DNA of 64,000 bases from an uncultured Coriobacteriales bacterium (GCA_934654475.1 CAKUFZ010000006.1:36189-100188), one strand, 5' to 3'. Counted from the stretch's first letter, positions 28,835 to 38,671 are shown. Made by a program: numbers and translations. Notes: generated by a model not told the origin, from the sequence alone.

Positions 28835-29159
28835 GATGGAACCTCCTCGTTTGCTGTCCGCGCGCTGCGCGGTGCCTGCCCGACTTTGCCGCGGGTGGCT
28901 TTTGATGACGCACTGCATGGTACCCAGACTTGCGTTCTCTAACAACTTCAGTGAAAGAAATCTCACAATTCAAGACTTAGATTATATGGCTCGCACATAT
29001 ACCAACAATCTCATGGCGTCCCCTGAGGGATTTGGGGACGAGATAGGGCTTGCACGCATATGCTTTGCCGTGAGGTGCCTTGGCCTGGGCGCGCGGTACC
29101 ATAGGGGCCGTCAAAACTTGCCGCCATGGCGGCTGGGACAACAAGAAGGAGCACACAGC

Positions 29160-30884
29160 ATGAACGAGCGCGCAATGCGTGAGTACACCCGCTGGGCGGA
29201 GAGGGTCACCGACCCTGAGCTTGCCGAGCAGCTCGCCGCCATGAAGGGCGACGAGAAGGCCATTGAGGACGCATTCTTCCAGGACCTCGAGTTCGGCACG
29301 GCAGGCCTGCGCGGCGTTCTCGGCGCCGGCTCGAACCGCATGAACGTCTACACGGTCGCACTCGCCACGCAGGGCCTGGCCAACTACCTCAAGGCGAACT
29401 TCGACGAGCCCAGCGTTGCCATCTGCCGCGACTCGCGCCACAAGGGCGAGCTTTTCTGCCACGTGGCCGCCGAGGTGCTGGCGGCCAACGGCGTCGCAGC
29501 TCACCTCTACCCGCGCCTGGAGCCCACGCCCGCCTGCTCCTTCGCCACGCGCGACCTGGGGTGCTCGGCCGGCATCAACATCACCGCAAGCCACAACCCC
29601 GCCGAGTACAACGGCTACAAGGTGTACGGCGCCGACGGCTGCCAGATCACCACGCAGGCTTCCAAGGACATCCTCGCCGCCATCGGCCAGGTCGACATCT
29701 TCGACGGCGTGGCGCGCATGCCCTTTGACGAGGCCATGGACGCGGGCCTGGTCGACTACATCGGCGAGGGCACCGTCGAGCGCTTTGTGGACGCCGTGGC
29801 CCAGCAGTCCCAGCATGTGGAGGCGCCCGCCGACGGCGCCGACCTCAAGGTCGTGTACACCCCGCTCAACGGCGCGGGCCTTGAGTGTGTCTCGAAGATC
29901 CTCGAGCGCATCGGCGTGACCGACGTGACCGTGGTCCCCGAGCAGGCCCAGCCCGACGGCGACTTCCCCACCTGCCCCTACCCCAACCCCGAGATCAGGC
30001 AGGCGCTGCAAAAGGGCTTGGAGCTGTGCGCCGAGGTGCACCCCGACCTGCTGCTGGCCACCGACCCCGACGCCGACCGCACGGGCATCGCCGTGCCCCA
30101 CAAGGGCGAGTATGTCCTGCTGAGCGGCAACGAAGTAGGCGTGCTTCTCTCCGACTGGCTCGCCGGCCGCGCCGCGGCCCGCGGTGAGAACGTCGCGGAC
30201 AAGCTCGTGGTCACCACCATCGTGAGCTCGTCGATGCTCGACGCCCTGGCTCACAAGCACGGCTTTGAGCTGCGCCGCACGCTCACCGGCTTCAAGTACA
30301 TCGGCGAGCAGATCGCCCGCCTGGAGGAGAAGGGCGAGCAGGGCAGGTTCCTCTTCGGCTTCGAGGAGAGCTACGGCTACCTGAGCGGCACCTATGTGCG
30401 CGACAAGGACGCCGTGGTGGCCTCCATGCTCATCTGCGAGATGGCCCGCGACTACAAGGGCCGCGGCATGGACCTGGTCGACGCCGTGGAGGCGCTCTAC
30501 GACAAGCTCGGCTACTACCGCAACCGCACGATCTCGCTGGCCTACCCCGGCGCTGAGGGCGCCGAGCAGATGCGCGCCATCATGGCTGGCCTGCGCGCCG
30601 AGCATCCCGCCCAGCTCGCAGGCCTTGCCGTGGAGGGCGTGGTCGACTACGCCCAGGGTGCGACCATGCCCCGCATCGGCGACGACGCGGCCGACGAGCA
30701 GATCCTGCCGGGCGCCAACGTGTTCGAGATCAACCTGGAGGGCTCCAACAAGGTCATCATCCGCCCGAGCGGTACCGAGCCCAAGATCAAGGCCTACGTG
30801 TTCGCCCGCGGCACGACCGACGCCGAGGCGCTCGCCCTTGTCGACGAGCTGGACGCTGCAGCCCGCAAGCTCCTGGGCGCCTAG
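29160..30884 (+). CDS. Phosphoglucomutase/phosphomannomutase family phospho-sugar mutase
   Basis: Active-site loop ITASHNPAEYNGYKV and the GTAGLRG motif. Start at the ATG at 29160, preceded by AAGGAG. Confidence 0.85.
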   Translation: MNERAMREYTRWAERVTDPELAEQLAAMKGDEKAIEDAFFQDLEFGTAGLRGVLGAGSNRMNVYTVALATQGLANYLKANFDEPSVAICRDSRHKGELFCHVAAEVLAANGVAAHLYPRLEPTPACSFATRDLGCSAGINITASHNPAEYNGYKVYGADGCQITTQASKDILAAIGQVDIFDGVARMPFDEAMDAGLVDYIGEGTVERFVDAVAQQSQHVEAPADGADLKVVYTPLNGAGLECVSKILERIGVTDVTVVPEQAQPDGDFPTCPYPNPEIRQALQKGLELCAEVHPDLLLATDPDADRTGIAVPHKGEYVLLSGNEVGVLLSDWLAGRAAARGENVADKLVVTTIVSSSMLDALAHKHGFELRRTLTGFKYIGEQIARLEEKGEQGRFLFGFEESYGYLSGTYVRDKDAVVASMLICEMARDYKGRGMDLVDAVEALYDKLGYYRNRTISLAYPGAEGAEQMRAIMAGLRAEHPAQLAGLAVEGVVDYAQGATMPRIGDDAADEQILPGANVFEINLEGSNKVIIRPSGTEPKIKAYVFARGTTDAEALALVDELDAAARKLLGA

Positions 30885-30920
30885 ACAACGCGGCGCAAGC
30901 CATATTCTGGGTAACGCAAA

Positions 30921-30972
30921 CGCCCGCCCCGTGCACTCGCATCGAGCAGCACGGGGCGGGCGTTCTTGGTTT
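30921..30972 (+). terminator. Rho-independent terminator after phospho-sugar mutase
   Basis: CGCCCGCCCCGTGC...GCACGGGGCGGGCG hairpin followed by TTCTTGGTTT. Confidence 0.6.
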
Positions 30973-30976
30973 GCCA

Positions 30977-31006
30977 CCAAAAAGGCCGCCCCCGATGGGA
31001 CGGCCT
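30977..31006 (-). terminator. Terminator for the minus-strand membrane protein gene
   Basis: AGGCCGTCCC-ATCG-GGGGCGGCCT hairpin followed by TTTTTGG on the minus strand. Confidence 0.5.
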
Positions 31007-31039
31007 TTCTTTGACTGCGTAAAACTACGGGCGCAAACG

Positions 31040-31744
31040 CTACTCGGCGTCGGCGACCTTGGCCTTCTTGTCGACCGAAGCCTTGTAGAGGCGCAGGGCC
31101 GCGTAGATGACGATGATCACGATGTAGAGGATCACGTGGATGGAGCCGACGCTGCCCATGTTGGCAAGGGACAGACCCAGGGCCATGGCCACATGGACGC
31201 CGAGCAGGGCAACCATGAGGTAGGCGAACTTCTGCAGGCGGCGCCACACGGTGGCGTTCATGGCGGAGCGGATGAACTTGAACGACGTCACGCTCAGCAC
31301 CACGAAGATGATGGTGAGGACAAGGGCGACGATGAGCGAAGCAGCAAGCGTGGGCTTGAGGTTGCCGAAGTTGGAAAGCATCGGCAGGTAGCTCTTCAGG
31401 TAGGTCACGATGTGGCCGATGTAGAAGATGAACGAAAGAATCGAAAGCTCACCGCGAATGGGCAGCAGGCCGCGCTTGATCTTGCTGCTGTCAGGCAGGG
31501 CGCCGGTGAACATGACGAGCGCCAGGAAGAATGTACCCAAGTAGCCCTTCTGGAACATGAAGGTGAGCCAACGCCACTGGTTGGTGTTGACACCGGTGAG
31601 CACCGTCCAAAGGTACACGACGAGAGCGACCGTAGCGACAATGTAGAAGACCACCGAGTACTTACGCAGCGGCCTTGCGAGCGGGAACGCGACGATTGCC
31701 GTTATGGCAAGCGCCAGCAATATGCTGATAATCTCTGCATCCAT
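31040..31744 (-). CDS. Six-TM membrane protein, ferric-reductase-like/MsrQ(YedZ)-like heme-b domain (tentative)
   Basis: 234 aa, polytopic, with conserved-looking intramembrane His residues (FYIGHIVTY, LLGVHVAMAL, SIHVILY). GAGGGAGAG SD. Family assignment is from topology and His pattern only. Confidence 0.45.
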   Translation of the reverse strand: MDAEIISILLALAITAIVAFPLARPLRKYSVVFYIVATVALVVYLWTVLTGVNTNQWRWLTFMFQKGYLGTFFLALVMFTGALPDSSKIKRGLLPIRGELSILSFIFYIGHIVTYLKSYLPMLSNFGNLKPTLAASLIVALVLTIIFVVLSVTSFKFIRSAMNATVWRRLQKFAYLMVALLGVHVAMALGLSLANMGSVGSIHVILYIVIIVIYAALRLYKASVDKKAKVADAE

Positions 31745-31827
31745 GACGAAACTCTCCCTCTTTCTGACTGCGGGCCCTCATACCCTTGGAACGTACCTTA
31801 CCTTAGATGTGCCCTCTTTGCCATCGT

Positions 31828-31871
31828 AAAAACCGTCAGTGACCTCGTCTGAAAACCATTAAACCTGACGG
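31828..31871 (-). terminator. Possible terminator of the UvrD-like operon
   Basis: The minus strand has CCGTCAG, a 25-nt loop, then CTGACGG followed by TTTTT. Confidence 0.35.
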
Positions 31872-31960
31872 GAAGTGCCTTTTTATCCCCAAACGAGTGT
31901 TAGATAGTTTTGTATGATGCCAAATACCTGGTGTTTTGTTGCGAAAACAATTGTGTGACA

Positions 31961-33862
31961 CTAAAGAGTATCGCACAACACACATGCCACGAACTGCTGG
32001 GCGCCCATTGTGGAAGGCTCTGCCATGCCCAGTTCACGCAAAAGGACGCTGGGTGCGAGCATGGCGACGTCACCGGTTGTGGCTCGTTTGACACGCTTCA
32101 CACGTGCCCCCAAAGCCTGCGCATGGTCGGGCGCGGCCCCTTGGACATAGGACATCGTGAGCCAATTGCGCGCCTTGTGAAGAAGCCCACGCCACAGGCG
32201 GCACTCGTTTTCGAAGCGAGCAGGCGACTCTTCACGCGTCGCACGGGGGGCCACGCCCTCGTTGAGACCGAGCAGCACACAGGCCTTGGTTTGGAGGCCC
32301 GCAAAGGCGGCGGGGATGCCCACGCGCACATCCCACAACCTGCCGCCAAACCCGCGGTCCACCGCAGCCAGGTTGGCGCGGCTGAAAAACTCGCCGGCGC
32401 TTTGGGCAACGACAGGCTCGCACAGGCGGGTGAACGTGAGGTTCTCGTTGGGCGACACGATATCGATGAGCTGGCGACCGTGCTTGCGGCTTGCCTTGGC
32501 GATGAGCGCCCGGGCCTGCGCGTAGCGCTTGGCGAGAAGCCCTGCCCCTTCGAAGGGCTCGGGAGCAGAAGCGTCAAGCGAGGCGAGGGCGTCGAGAACG
32601 TGCATGTTGCGCTCGGCAGCATAGGCAACAAGTCCCGCCCAGGCTTTCGCGGAGATGTCCGCGCGTCCCAGGCCGACCCAGGTACGCCAGCACATAAGGT
32701 CGCGCTCGTCGGCCGCAAGGCCCAGCAGCGTAAACGATTGAAGCGTGGCCACACTCGCAACGCGACGGGGGTCTCCGCCCACAGGCTGGCCCTCAGTGCA
32801 GGTGACCGTGGCGATACCCGCCGCCTTGAGCTTCTGGCAGACGTCCTTGAGCATGCTTCCCTGGGGAATGACCACGCACACCTCGTTGGGGTACACGAGT
32901 TCGTCGAACGGGATCGGCTCGCAGCCGTCCTTAGCCACCTGGGTCCCGGCCTCCCCGGCCGCAGATGCGGCTTCGGTCAGCTCCAGGTCTTGAGAGAGAT
33001 CCACAGCGACATTGCCGAGAATGTACTTCACGGTCTTCGCGCAGGTCTGGACCTCAGTGAGGGGCTCGGGCGACTTCACGACGAACGTGTCTTCGGGGAA
33101 ATCGAGCGGGGCCTGCGCAAGGCGCACGGGCTCGACGGCACGCGCTTGCGCGAAGCGGACAAGGCTCGCGCCTGCTGCCGCAGCGTCGAAGAAGGGGTTG
33201 GCGACGCTGCAATCACCGGCAAGCAGCAGCTCCTGGCCAGAAAGCATCTCGATAAGGCGCAGCTGGGCCAGACCGATGAGGTTCGCGTCGTCCACAAGCA
33301 CGTGCGCCGCACCCAGTCGCTGGGCGATCTCAGGACAGGAGCGCACGGCATTGAGGGCGCGGGCACCCAACTCGCGCACGTCGTAGGCGCCGAATGCAGC
33401 AAGCGCATCGACATAGCGACGGGCAGGCTCGCCCTGAGGCACAGGCAGCTCGCCTGCGTCCCATGCGCGATACAGCTCCTTGCAGGCCGCGGCGAGGTCC
33501 TCCTTGCCCATGCCCGCTTGGCGCAGGTCGGCAATGAGAATGGAGCGCTCCACGTCGAGCAACGTGCGCGGACCGTGGCCGTACAACGCCTGCGCGTCCT
33601 TGTCGGTAAGCACCTCATAGCTGAGCGCCCGGGCCGACACCACGCGCAGACGCTCGACCGACTCTGGACCGGCGGACACGCGAAATCCCAGGCGACGCTT
33701 GAACGCGGCCGCCGCATCCTTCGAGGCGCACACCACCATGAGGTCGGCGAGGTCGCAACCACCGTCGAGCAAGGCGCGGGCGCGCTCAAGCAGACGCCCC
33801 GTCTTGCCGCTTGACTGCGCGCCCTCGAGTATCGCGACCGTCGGGCTTTGCTGGCCGGCCAT
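31961..33862 (-). CDS. UvrD/Rep-like P-loop ATPase (degenerate helicase motifs), paralog 2
   Basis: Walker A EGAQSSGKTG, motif-II-like HVLVDDANL, and UvrD_C-like CVLLGLNEGVAP...KARNWLTMSY. ATG at 33862 lies 2 nt after the preceding stop. An alternative GTG is at 33874. Confidence 0.6.
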   Translation of the reverse strand: MAGQQSPTVAILEGAQSSGKTGRLLERARALLDGGCDLADLMVVCASKDAAAAFKRRLGFRVSAGPESVERLRVVSARALSYEVLTDKDAQALYGHGPRTLLDVERSILIADLRQAGMGKEDLAAACKELYRAWDAGELPVPQGEPARRYVDALAAFGAYDVRELGARALNAVRSCPEIAQRLGAAHVLVDDANLIGLAQLRLIEMLSGQELLLAGDCSVANPFFDAAAAGASLVRFAQARAVEPVRLAQAPLDFPEDTFVVKSPEPLTEVQTCAKTVKYILGNVAVDLSQDLELTEAASAAGEAGTQVAKDGCEPIPFDELVYPNEVCVVIPQGSMLKDVCQKLKAAGIATVTCTEGQPVGGDPRRVASVATLQSFTLLGLAADERDLMCWRTWVGLGRADISAKAWAGLVAYAAERNMHVLDALASLDASAPEPFEGAGLLAKRYAQARALIAKASRKHGRQLIDIVSPNENLTFTRLCEPVVAQSAGEFFSRANLAAVDRGFGGRLWDVRVGIPAAFAGLQTKACVLLGLNEGVAPRATREESPARFENECRLWRGLLHKARNWLTMSYVQGAAPDHAQALGARVKRVKRATTGDVAMLAPSVLLRELGMAEPSTMGAQQFVACVLCDTL

Positions 33863-33864
33863 GG

Positions 33865-34662
33865 CTAGAGCCACGCACCCTTAGCGGAGTCAAACTCGCG
33901 CTGGCATCCATCGGCCGCGACCACGCCCCACACGCTGTAGTCGATGACGAGGGGCTCGACGGCGGGCGTCTCGGCAGGCTGCTCCTCGGAATCGGCTGCC
34001 GAGGCGGCCTGATCGTCGGTCGGGGCAGCTTCGACGGCCACGCTGGGCTCGTCGGCCTGCTCGGCCTCAGCGGGCTGCTCGCCTGCTGCCTGTGCGGCGG
34101 CCTCGGCCTGCTCCTCTGCCTGCTTGGCAGCCTCGTCCTGCTTGGCCTGCCAGGCGGCGCGCTGGGCGGCAAGCGACTGCGCGGAGGGCAGGCACACCTC
34201 GACGGGGCCCTCGCCGAAGGTACCGGCGTTGCACAGGTCACGCAACTGGGCGGCGACGTCCTCGAATACAGGCAGCTCCACGCCGGGCTCGACCGCAAAG
34301 CGCACGACGTTCTTGGCCATGAGCAGGTCGATCTCGCGATAGTCAACCGTCTGCTCGCCGCGCTCGCCACGGCTCTTGTTGAAGCTCTTGATGTTCTCGC
34401 CCACGAAGTAGCGCTTGCCGGCGAGCCATTCCTTCACGTGCGGCCATACCTCGTCGGCCCCCTCGTCGGCGCTGAGCCAGTACTTCTTGGCGAAGTTGAC
34501 CTTGAGCTGCATCACGTTGACGGCCGGGTCGGTGGCGGGGTGGCTGCGCACCGTGGTGGGCGCGAGGTGGATGAAGGCCCTCTTCACATCGGCGGCGGAC
34601 TCGGCGTTGTACTCGCGCTCATCAAGCGAGGCGATGAGCATAAGCGAAGGATGAACGATCAT
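33865..34662 (-). CDS. Hypothetical protein (about 155-aa globular N-domain, Ala/Gln/Glu-rich linker, short C-terminal segment)
   Basis: ORF trimmed to the ATG at 34662 (MIVHPSLMLIASLDEREY...), preceded by GAGAAAGG. I recognise no motif. Lies between two UvrD-like genes. Confidence 0.5.
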   Translation of the reverse strand: MIVHPSLMLIASLDEREYNAESAADVKRAFIHLAPTTVRSHPATDPAVNVMQLKVNFAKKYWLSADEGADEVWPHVKEWLAGKRYFVGENIKSFNKSRGERGEQTVDYREIDLLMAKNVVRFAVEPGVELPVFEDVAAQLRDLCNAGTFGEGPVEVCLPSAQSLAAQRAAWQAKQDEAAKQAEEQAEAAAQAAGEQPAEAEQADEPSVAVEAAPTDDQAASAADSEEQPAETPAVEPLVIDYSVWGVVAADGCQREFDSAKGAWL

Positions 34663-34723
34663 GGCATGACCTTTCTCAAAGGCCGCAGGCGACACCGGCG
34701 GGGACACCTGCGGCTCTGTGCGT

Positions 34724-36718
34724 CTAATACGTCCGTACCTGTGCGCGCAGGTCCTGTTCGTCGAAGGCGATGACACCCCAGGCAGCCAGGGCATAGTCGG
34801 CGATGACGCTGCGGCGCACGCTCATGTGGCGGCGTCCGTCATCGCCGGCGCTCACACGGTAGCCCTTGAGGTTGAGCTTCTCGGACACCTCGAGGTCGAC
34901 ATCGGCGAACGAGCTGATGGCAAGGGCCTTTTTGGCGCATCCTGCCAGCGTGTAGAAGAACGCGCGGGCCTTCTTGTCGATGCCCTGGCGCACCTTGGCG
35001 GAGGCACTGGCCGCATCGAAGTAGGCATGCTCGGGAAGCCAGCCGTTCATGCAGCCGGCAAGCACCAAGTGGTCGCACGACACGCCTGCCACGTCGGCAT
35101 AGGTGCACACGCTCACGCCGGCCGCATCGCCAAAGAAGTCGCGGCGAGTCGCGCGGGCATGCACGCTGGCGAACATCTGGGCCGCGCTGGCATCGGGGCC
35201 CGCGGCCAGGCAAGCGTCGAGAAGAGCCTCGCCCATACGGCGAACGCCCAGCTTGGAGGCGAGCTTATCGATGAGGGAGCGGCCCGTGAGACCCACGAGC
35301 TCGTCGATGAGGGAGCGGCCCGCCAGGTAGGCTTCGGCCACGGCGTCATGCGTGGACCCGATGCTGCCCTCGGACACGGCAGCAACCAGGCTCTCAAGCG
35401 CCTCGACGATGGTCTTGCCCTCCTCGGCGCAGTCGTGCGTGGCGAGCTCGCAGAACACGTTGCTGCATGCCACGTAGTCGCCCACGCCGCACCATACGCG
35501 CCAGCAGATGCCGTCCTGAGGATTGGCGAGAAGCCCCAGCATGCTTACGAAACGCGCCTCGTCGCACTCCTCGACCTTGCGGAAGTTCGCGGTCACAAGC
35601 TGGCCGGTCGCCATCTTGCGCACAGGCAGGCCGGCGGCCTTGAGGGCCTTGGCAAGAGAGCGGGCCCAGGTGAGGTTGGGCGCGGCAACGACAACCTGCG
35701 AGGGGTCGGCGCCGGCATCCACCTTGTCTTTCACCCAGGACGCAACCTTGCCGAACTCTTCTTTCCACCCAAAGCTCTCAAGCAGCTCGACACCCTCGAT
35801 GGGCGCGGCCGCGCAGGGCACGGCGTAGGTGTCGGCGACCTCGTGCTCGCCGCATGAGTCGAGAAGGCCCAGCGAAAGCGCGTCGAGGAAGCCCGAGTCG
35901 GCCAGCTGGGAGGCCGCACCGACGACCCTACCGGTCGCCGGGGCGGGCAGCGCCACGCTCAGCGCACCCTCGTTACGGGTGCAGAACTCCTCGATTCCCT
36001 TGCCGTACGGGAAGGGGTCGGCGCCCTCGGAGGTGTCGGTGGGGTCGGCACAAGCCCACAGGCTCTCGGGAGCCAGGGCCTCAAGCACAAGCTGCGAGGC
36101 GCGGTTGAGCGCCTGGTAGTCGTCCACCACAAAGTGACGCACAGGCAACGCGCACGAAGGGTCGGCCAGCGTGGCCAGGTAGTGGACGCACATGCCGGCA
36201 AGCTCGCAGGGATGGATGGGGCCGTAGGCGGTCAGGCAGGTGCGAGCCAGGTTGAAGACCTTCTGCTCGTCCTTCTCCCAGAAGAAATAGGGGTCGTCGG
36301 CCTCGAGGGTCGTGAGGCTCTTGCGGAAAAAGCCGAGCATGCCCTTGAGCTGCTTGGCCGCCACGCCCGTGGTCTTGAGGTCCTCCTTCACGAAGTCGTC
36401 CTCAAAAGGCATGATGAGCCTGGGGGCACGGTGCGTGAACGCCTGGGCCTCGGGGGTCGACAGGATCGAAAGCTCCAGGTCACGTGCGCAGGTCACGGTC
36501 ACGCCACGTGCCGCCACGTCGGCCATCGCCTGCACGGCCGCGTCGCTGCCAGCAACGACACACACCTGCTCGGCCGGCACGCCTGAAGCGAGCAGCGCCT
36601 CGACGCGCGCCCGCACAAGGGCCGTCTTGCCCGCGTTGTGCGGGCCCTGCGCCATGAGGAAGCGCACCTGGGCGTTTGCCTGCACCGCCTCCTGGGCGGT
36701 CATGGTCTGCAAAGTCAT
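34724..36718 (-). CDS. UvrD/Rep-like P-loop ATPase (degenerate helicase motifs), paralog 1
   Basis: AQGPHNAGKTALVRARVEALLASGVPAEQVCVV (motifs I/Ia), HFVVDDYQALN (motif II-like), and DHLVLAGCMNGWLP...CAKKALAISSF (UvrD_C-like). Confidence 0.65.
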   Translation of the reverse strand: MTLQTMTAQEAVQANAQVRFLMAQGPHNAGKTALVRARVEALLASGVPAEQVCVVAGSDAAVQAMADVAARGVTVTCARDLELSILSTPEAQAFTHRAPRLIMPFEDDFVKEDLKTTGVAAKQLKGMLGFFRKSLTTLEADDPYFFWEKDEQKVFNLARTCLTAYGPIHPCELAGMCVHYLATLADPSCALPVRHFVVDDYQALNRASQLVLEALAPESLWACADPTDTSEGADPFPYGKGIEEFCTRNEGALSVALPAPATGRVVGAASQLADSGFLDALSLGLLDSCGEHEVADTYAVPCAAAPIEGVELLESFGWKEEFGKVASWVKDKVDAGADPSQVVVAAPNLTWARSLAKALKAAGLPVRKMATGQLVTANFRKVEECDEARFVSMLGLLANPQDGICWRVWCGVGDYVACSNVFCELATHDCAEEGKTIVEALESLVAAVSEGSIGSTHDAVAEAYLAGRSLIDELVGLTGRSLIDKLASKLGVRRMGEALLDACLAAGPDASAAQMFASVHARATRRDFFGDAAGVSVCTYADVAGVSCDHLVLAGCMNGWLPEHAYFDAASASAKVRQGIDKKARAFFYTLAGCAKKALAISSFADVDLEVSEKLNLKGYRVSAGDDGRRHMSVRRSVIADYALAAWGVIAFDEQDLRAQVRTY

Positions 36719-36728
36719 GGTCTTCTTC

Positions 36729-37955
36729 CTACCGTTCGTAAATCTGTTCGATGTTAAGCATCTTCTTCATGCGGTTGACCACGGAGTGGGCGCGACCCCT
36801 GTCGTCAGTCACGCTCGGCAGCACCCAGTGCTGCACCACCGCGCCCGACGCCACGTCGGGGGCCATGACGTCCTCGTAGAGCGTGAGTGCGTCGGTAGGG
36901 CAGATGTCGGTGCAACAGCGGCACTTCACGCAGTCGGCGGGAGAATGGTCCACGCCCTCGCCCGTCTCGTCCTTCCACTTCGTGATGGCACCCGTGGGGC
37001 AGAACGTCGCGCAGCCGTAGCATGTGCGGCACTTCGAGGCGTCGATCACCACGCGACCCCACAGCCTCGTGTCAAGCGTCACGTTCTCGGGCTCGCCGAG
37101 CTCGGCAAGCGCGTCGAGCAGGCGCTCGCGACGGTCGGGGATGAAGTGGGGCAAGGTGCCGTCCTTCATCGTCTTCATGAAGCGAGCCGCTTGGGCACGG
37201 CCGCTCTCGTCGCACACGACCTCGGGCTCGTCGGACTTCAACGCTTCCGGCGTCACCGCGTCGCTCAGGGCGCACAGCATGGAGCGGCCCGTCTCGCTCA
37301 AGAGGCGTCGGCGGTTCTCGTCATAGGGCAGCGACTGGATGAAGGCGCTCTTCTCGCCCTCGTCAAGCATGGCCTCGCGGGGCAGCTTGTCGGTGAGCTC
37401 GACGCGCACGTCGCTTCTCCAGGCACCCAGCAGCTCGTCTGCCGTGGCGGCGACCAGCTCGTAGGTCTGCTTGCCCACGCTGCGCTCACAGGTGTCGCAC
37501 GCACCGTGCACGAGCACCACCCGGTCGGCACCGGCGGCCACCAGGCTCACGCACACCGACTCGTCCACGCGGCCAAGGCAGCGCACGCGCGTGGCGCGCT
37601 GCGGGTCGACGCAGGCGGCGTAGCGCTCCCAAGCGTGGTCGCACATGACGACGCCCACGCCCTTGGCGGCGATGAGCGCGTCGAGCGCCGTGGTGGCGAG
37701 CACCGCGTCGTTGGGGTTGTTCGCCTCAAGCGCGCAGGTGGGACATACCGTGGCGCATGTGCCGCAACCCACGCACAGGTCTGAGTCGACGCTCACCTCG
37801 TCTTGCGAGATGGAAATGGCACCCGTTGTGCAGGCATCGGCGCACTTGGTGCACGACGCCTTGCGGTTGCGCATGACGGCGCAGCGATACGGAAACGCCT
37901 TCAACACGTCGCTGGCGATGCCGTCAAACACCCCCAGCATTCTGCTCGTAGCCAT
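36729..37955 (-). CDS. Poly-[4Fe-4S] ferredoxin-domain protein (NapF-like accessory protein, tentative)
   Basis: Cys motifs CTKCADAC, CVGCGTCATVCP, CRTCYGCATFCP and CVKCRCCTDICP. An insert of about 200 aa separates the two ferredoxin halves. Confidence 0.75.
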   Translation of the reverse strand: MATSRMLGVFDGIASDVLKAFPYRCAVMRNRKASCTKCADACTTGAISISQDEVSVDSDLCVGCGTCATVCPTCALEANNPNDAVLATTALDALIAAKGVGVVMCDHAWERYAACVDPQRATRVRCLGRVDESVCVSLVAAGADRVVLVHGACDTCERSVGKQTYELVAATADELLGAWRSDVRVELTDKLPREAMLDEGEKSAFIQSLPYDENRRRLLSETGRSMLCALSDAVTPEALKSDEPEVVCDESGRAQAARFMKTMKDGTLPHFIPDRRERLLDALAELGEPENVTLDTRLWGRVVIDASKCRTCYGCATFCPTGAITKWKDETGEGVDHSPADCVKCRCCTDICPTDALTLYEDVMAPDVASGAVVQHWVLPSVTDDRGRAHSVVNRMKKMLNIEQIYER

Positions 37956-37957
37956 GG

Positions 37958-38671
37958 CTAGGCGTCCACGCCGTCGAGGAGGTCGTCGAGCGCCTCCACC
38001 TCGGTCTGCACGAAGCCCAGGAGCAGCTCGCCGGCACCGATGTAGAGGTCAGTCTGGGAGAAGTACTTGATGTCGGAAACGAACATGGGCACCCAGTTTG
38101 CGAGGTGCTGGCCCACGAAGGCACGCTGGGTCTTGAGCAACTCCACAGCCTCGTCCTCCTTGCCCTCCTTGAGGGCCTTGGCCGTGCGCTCGCTCATGAC
38201 CTGCATGAACTCGAGCTCGAGGGCAATGTGGTCCTCGCAGTCGTTCCACTCCTCGCCCTTCTTCAGCAAGTTGGCGCGGTAGACGGCGAGCACCTCGTCG
38301 CGGGCGTCCTGCATGAGCAGGCGCTTCTCGGAGGTATGGACACTCTCAAAGGGGTAGGCGGCAGAACGACCGTTGTTGCCGTGGCCGATGAACGTGCGGG
38401 CATAGTCGCGCGCCAGGTCGAGCAGCGTGTCCTCCCAGGTGCCCTTGAGGTAGTTGTACATGGTGCGGTAACCGTAATCCACGTGCTCGTTGCCCGTGGA
38501 GGTGGGGAACTTCAGGTGACGCAGCTCCTCGAGGAACTTGCCGTCGACCTCGACGCGGAAGATGCGCGCGAGCAGGCCGTAGGTGCGGGCACGGCGGGTC
38601 ATGAAATCAACGAGCTCGCTGCCCTCGACGACTTCCTCGGTCTGGTCGGGCATGGCGATGGTGTCAGTCAT
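37958..38671 (-). CDS. TorD/DmsD/NarJ-family redox-enzyme maturation chaperone
   Basis: RARTYGLLARIFRVEVDGKFLEEL..., ARDYARTFIGHG...AYPFESVH..., EDHIALELEFMQVM. This is the typical TorD-like pattern. Confidence 0.75.
   Translation of the reverse strand: MTDTIAMPDQTEEVVEGSELVDFMTRRARTYGLLARIFRVEVDGKFLEELRHLKFPTSTGNEHVDYGYRTMYNYLKGTWEDTLLDLARDYARTFIGHGNNGRSAAYPFESVHTSEKRLLMQDARDEVLAVYRANLLKKGEEWNDCEDHIALELEFMQVMSERTAKALKEGKEDEAVELLKTQRAFVGQHLANWVPMFVSDIKYFSQTDLYIGAGELLLGFVQTEVEALDDLLDGVDA

Noticed and set aside
28835-29159. CIRCE (TTAGCACTC-N9-GAGTGCTAA) or HAIR (CTTGAGT-N7-ACTCAAG) heat-shock operator upstream of groES. Also a 14-bp palindrome GCCGCCATGGCGGC at 29121-29134.
   Set aside because: No sequence within two mismatches of either consensus was found by eye. 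The palindrome lies in the leader of the divergent mutase gene, and its GC-rich self-complementarity could be fortuitous.
31929-31945. Sigma-54 promoter-like string CTGGTGTTTTGTTGCG overlapping the TACCTGGTGTTTT motif.
   Set aside because: The spacing between the GG and the GC is one nt short of the -24/-12 consensus. The TTGC part is absent from the other motif copies.
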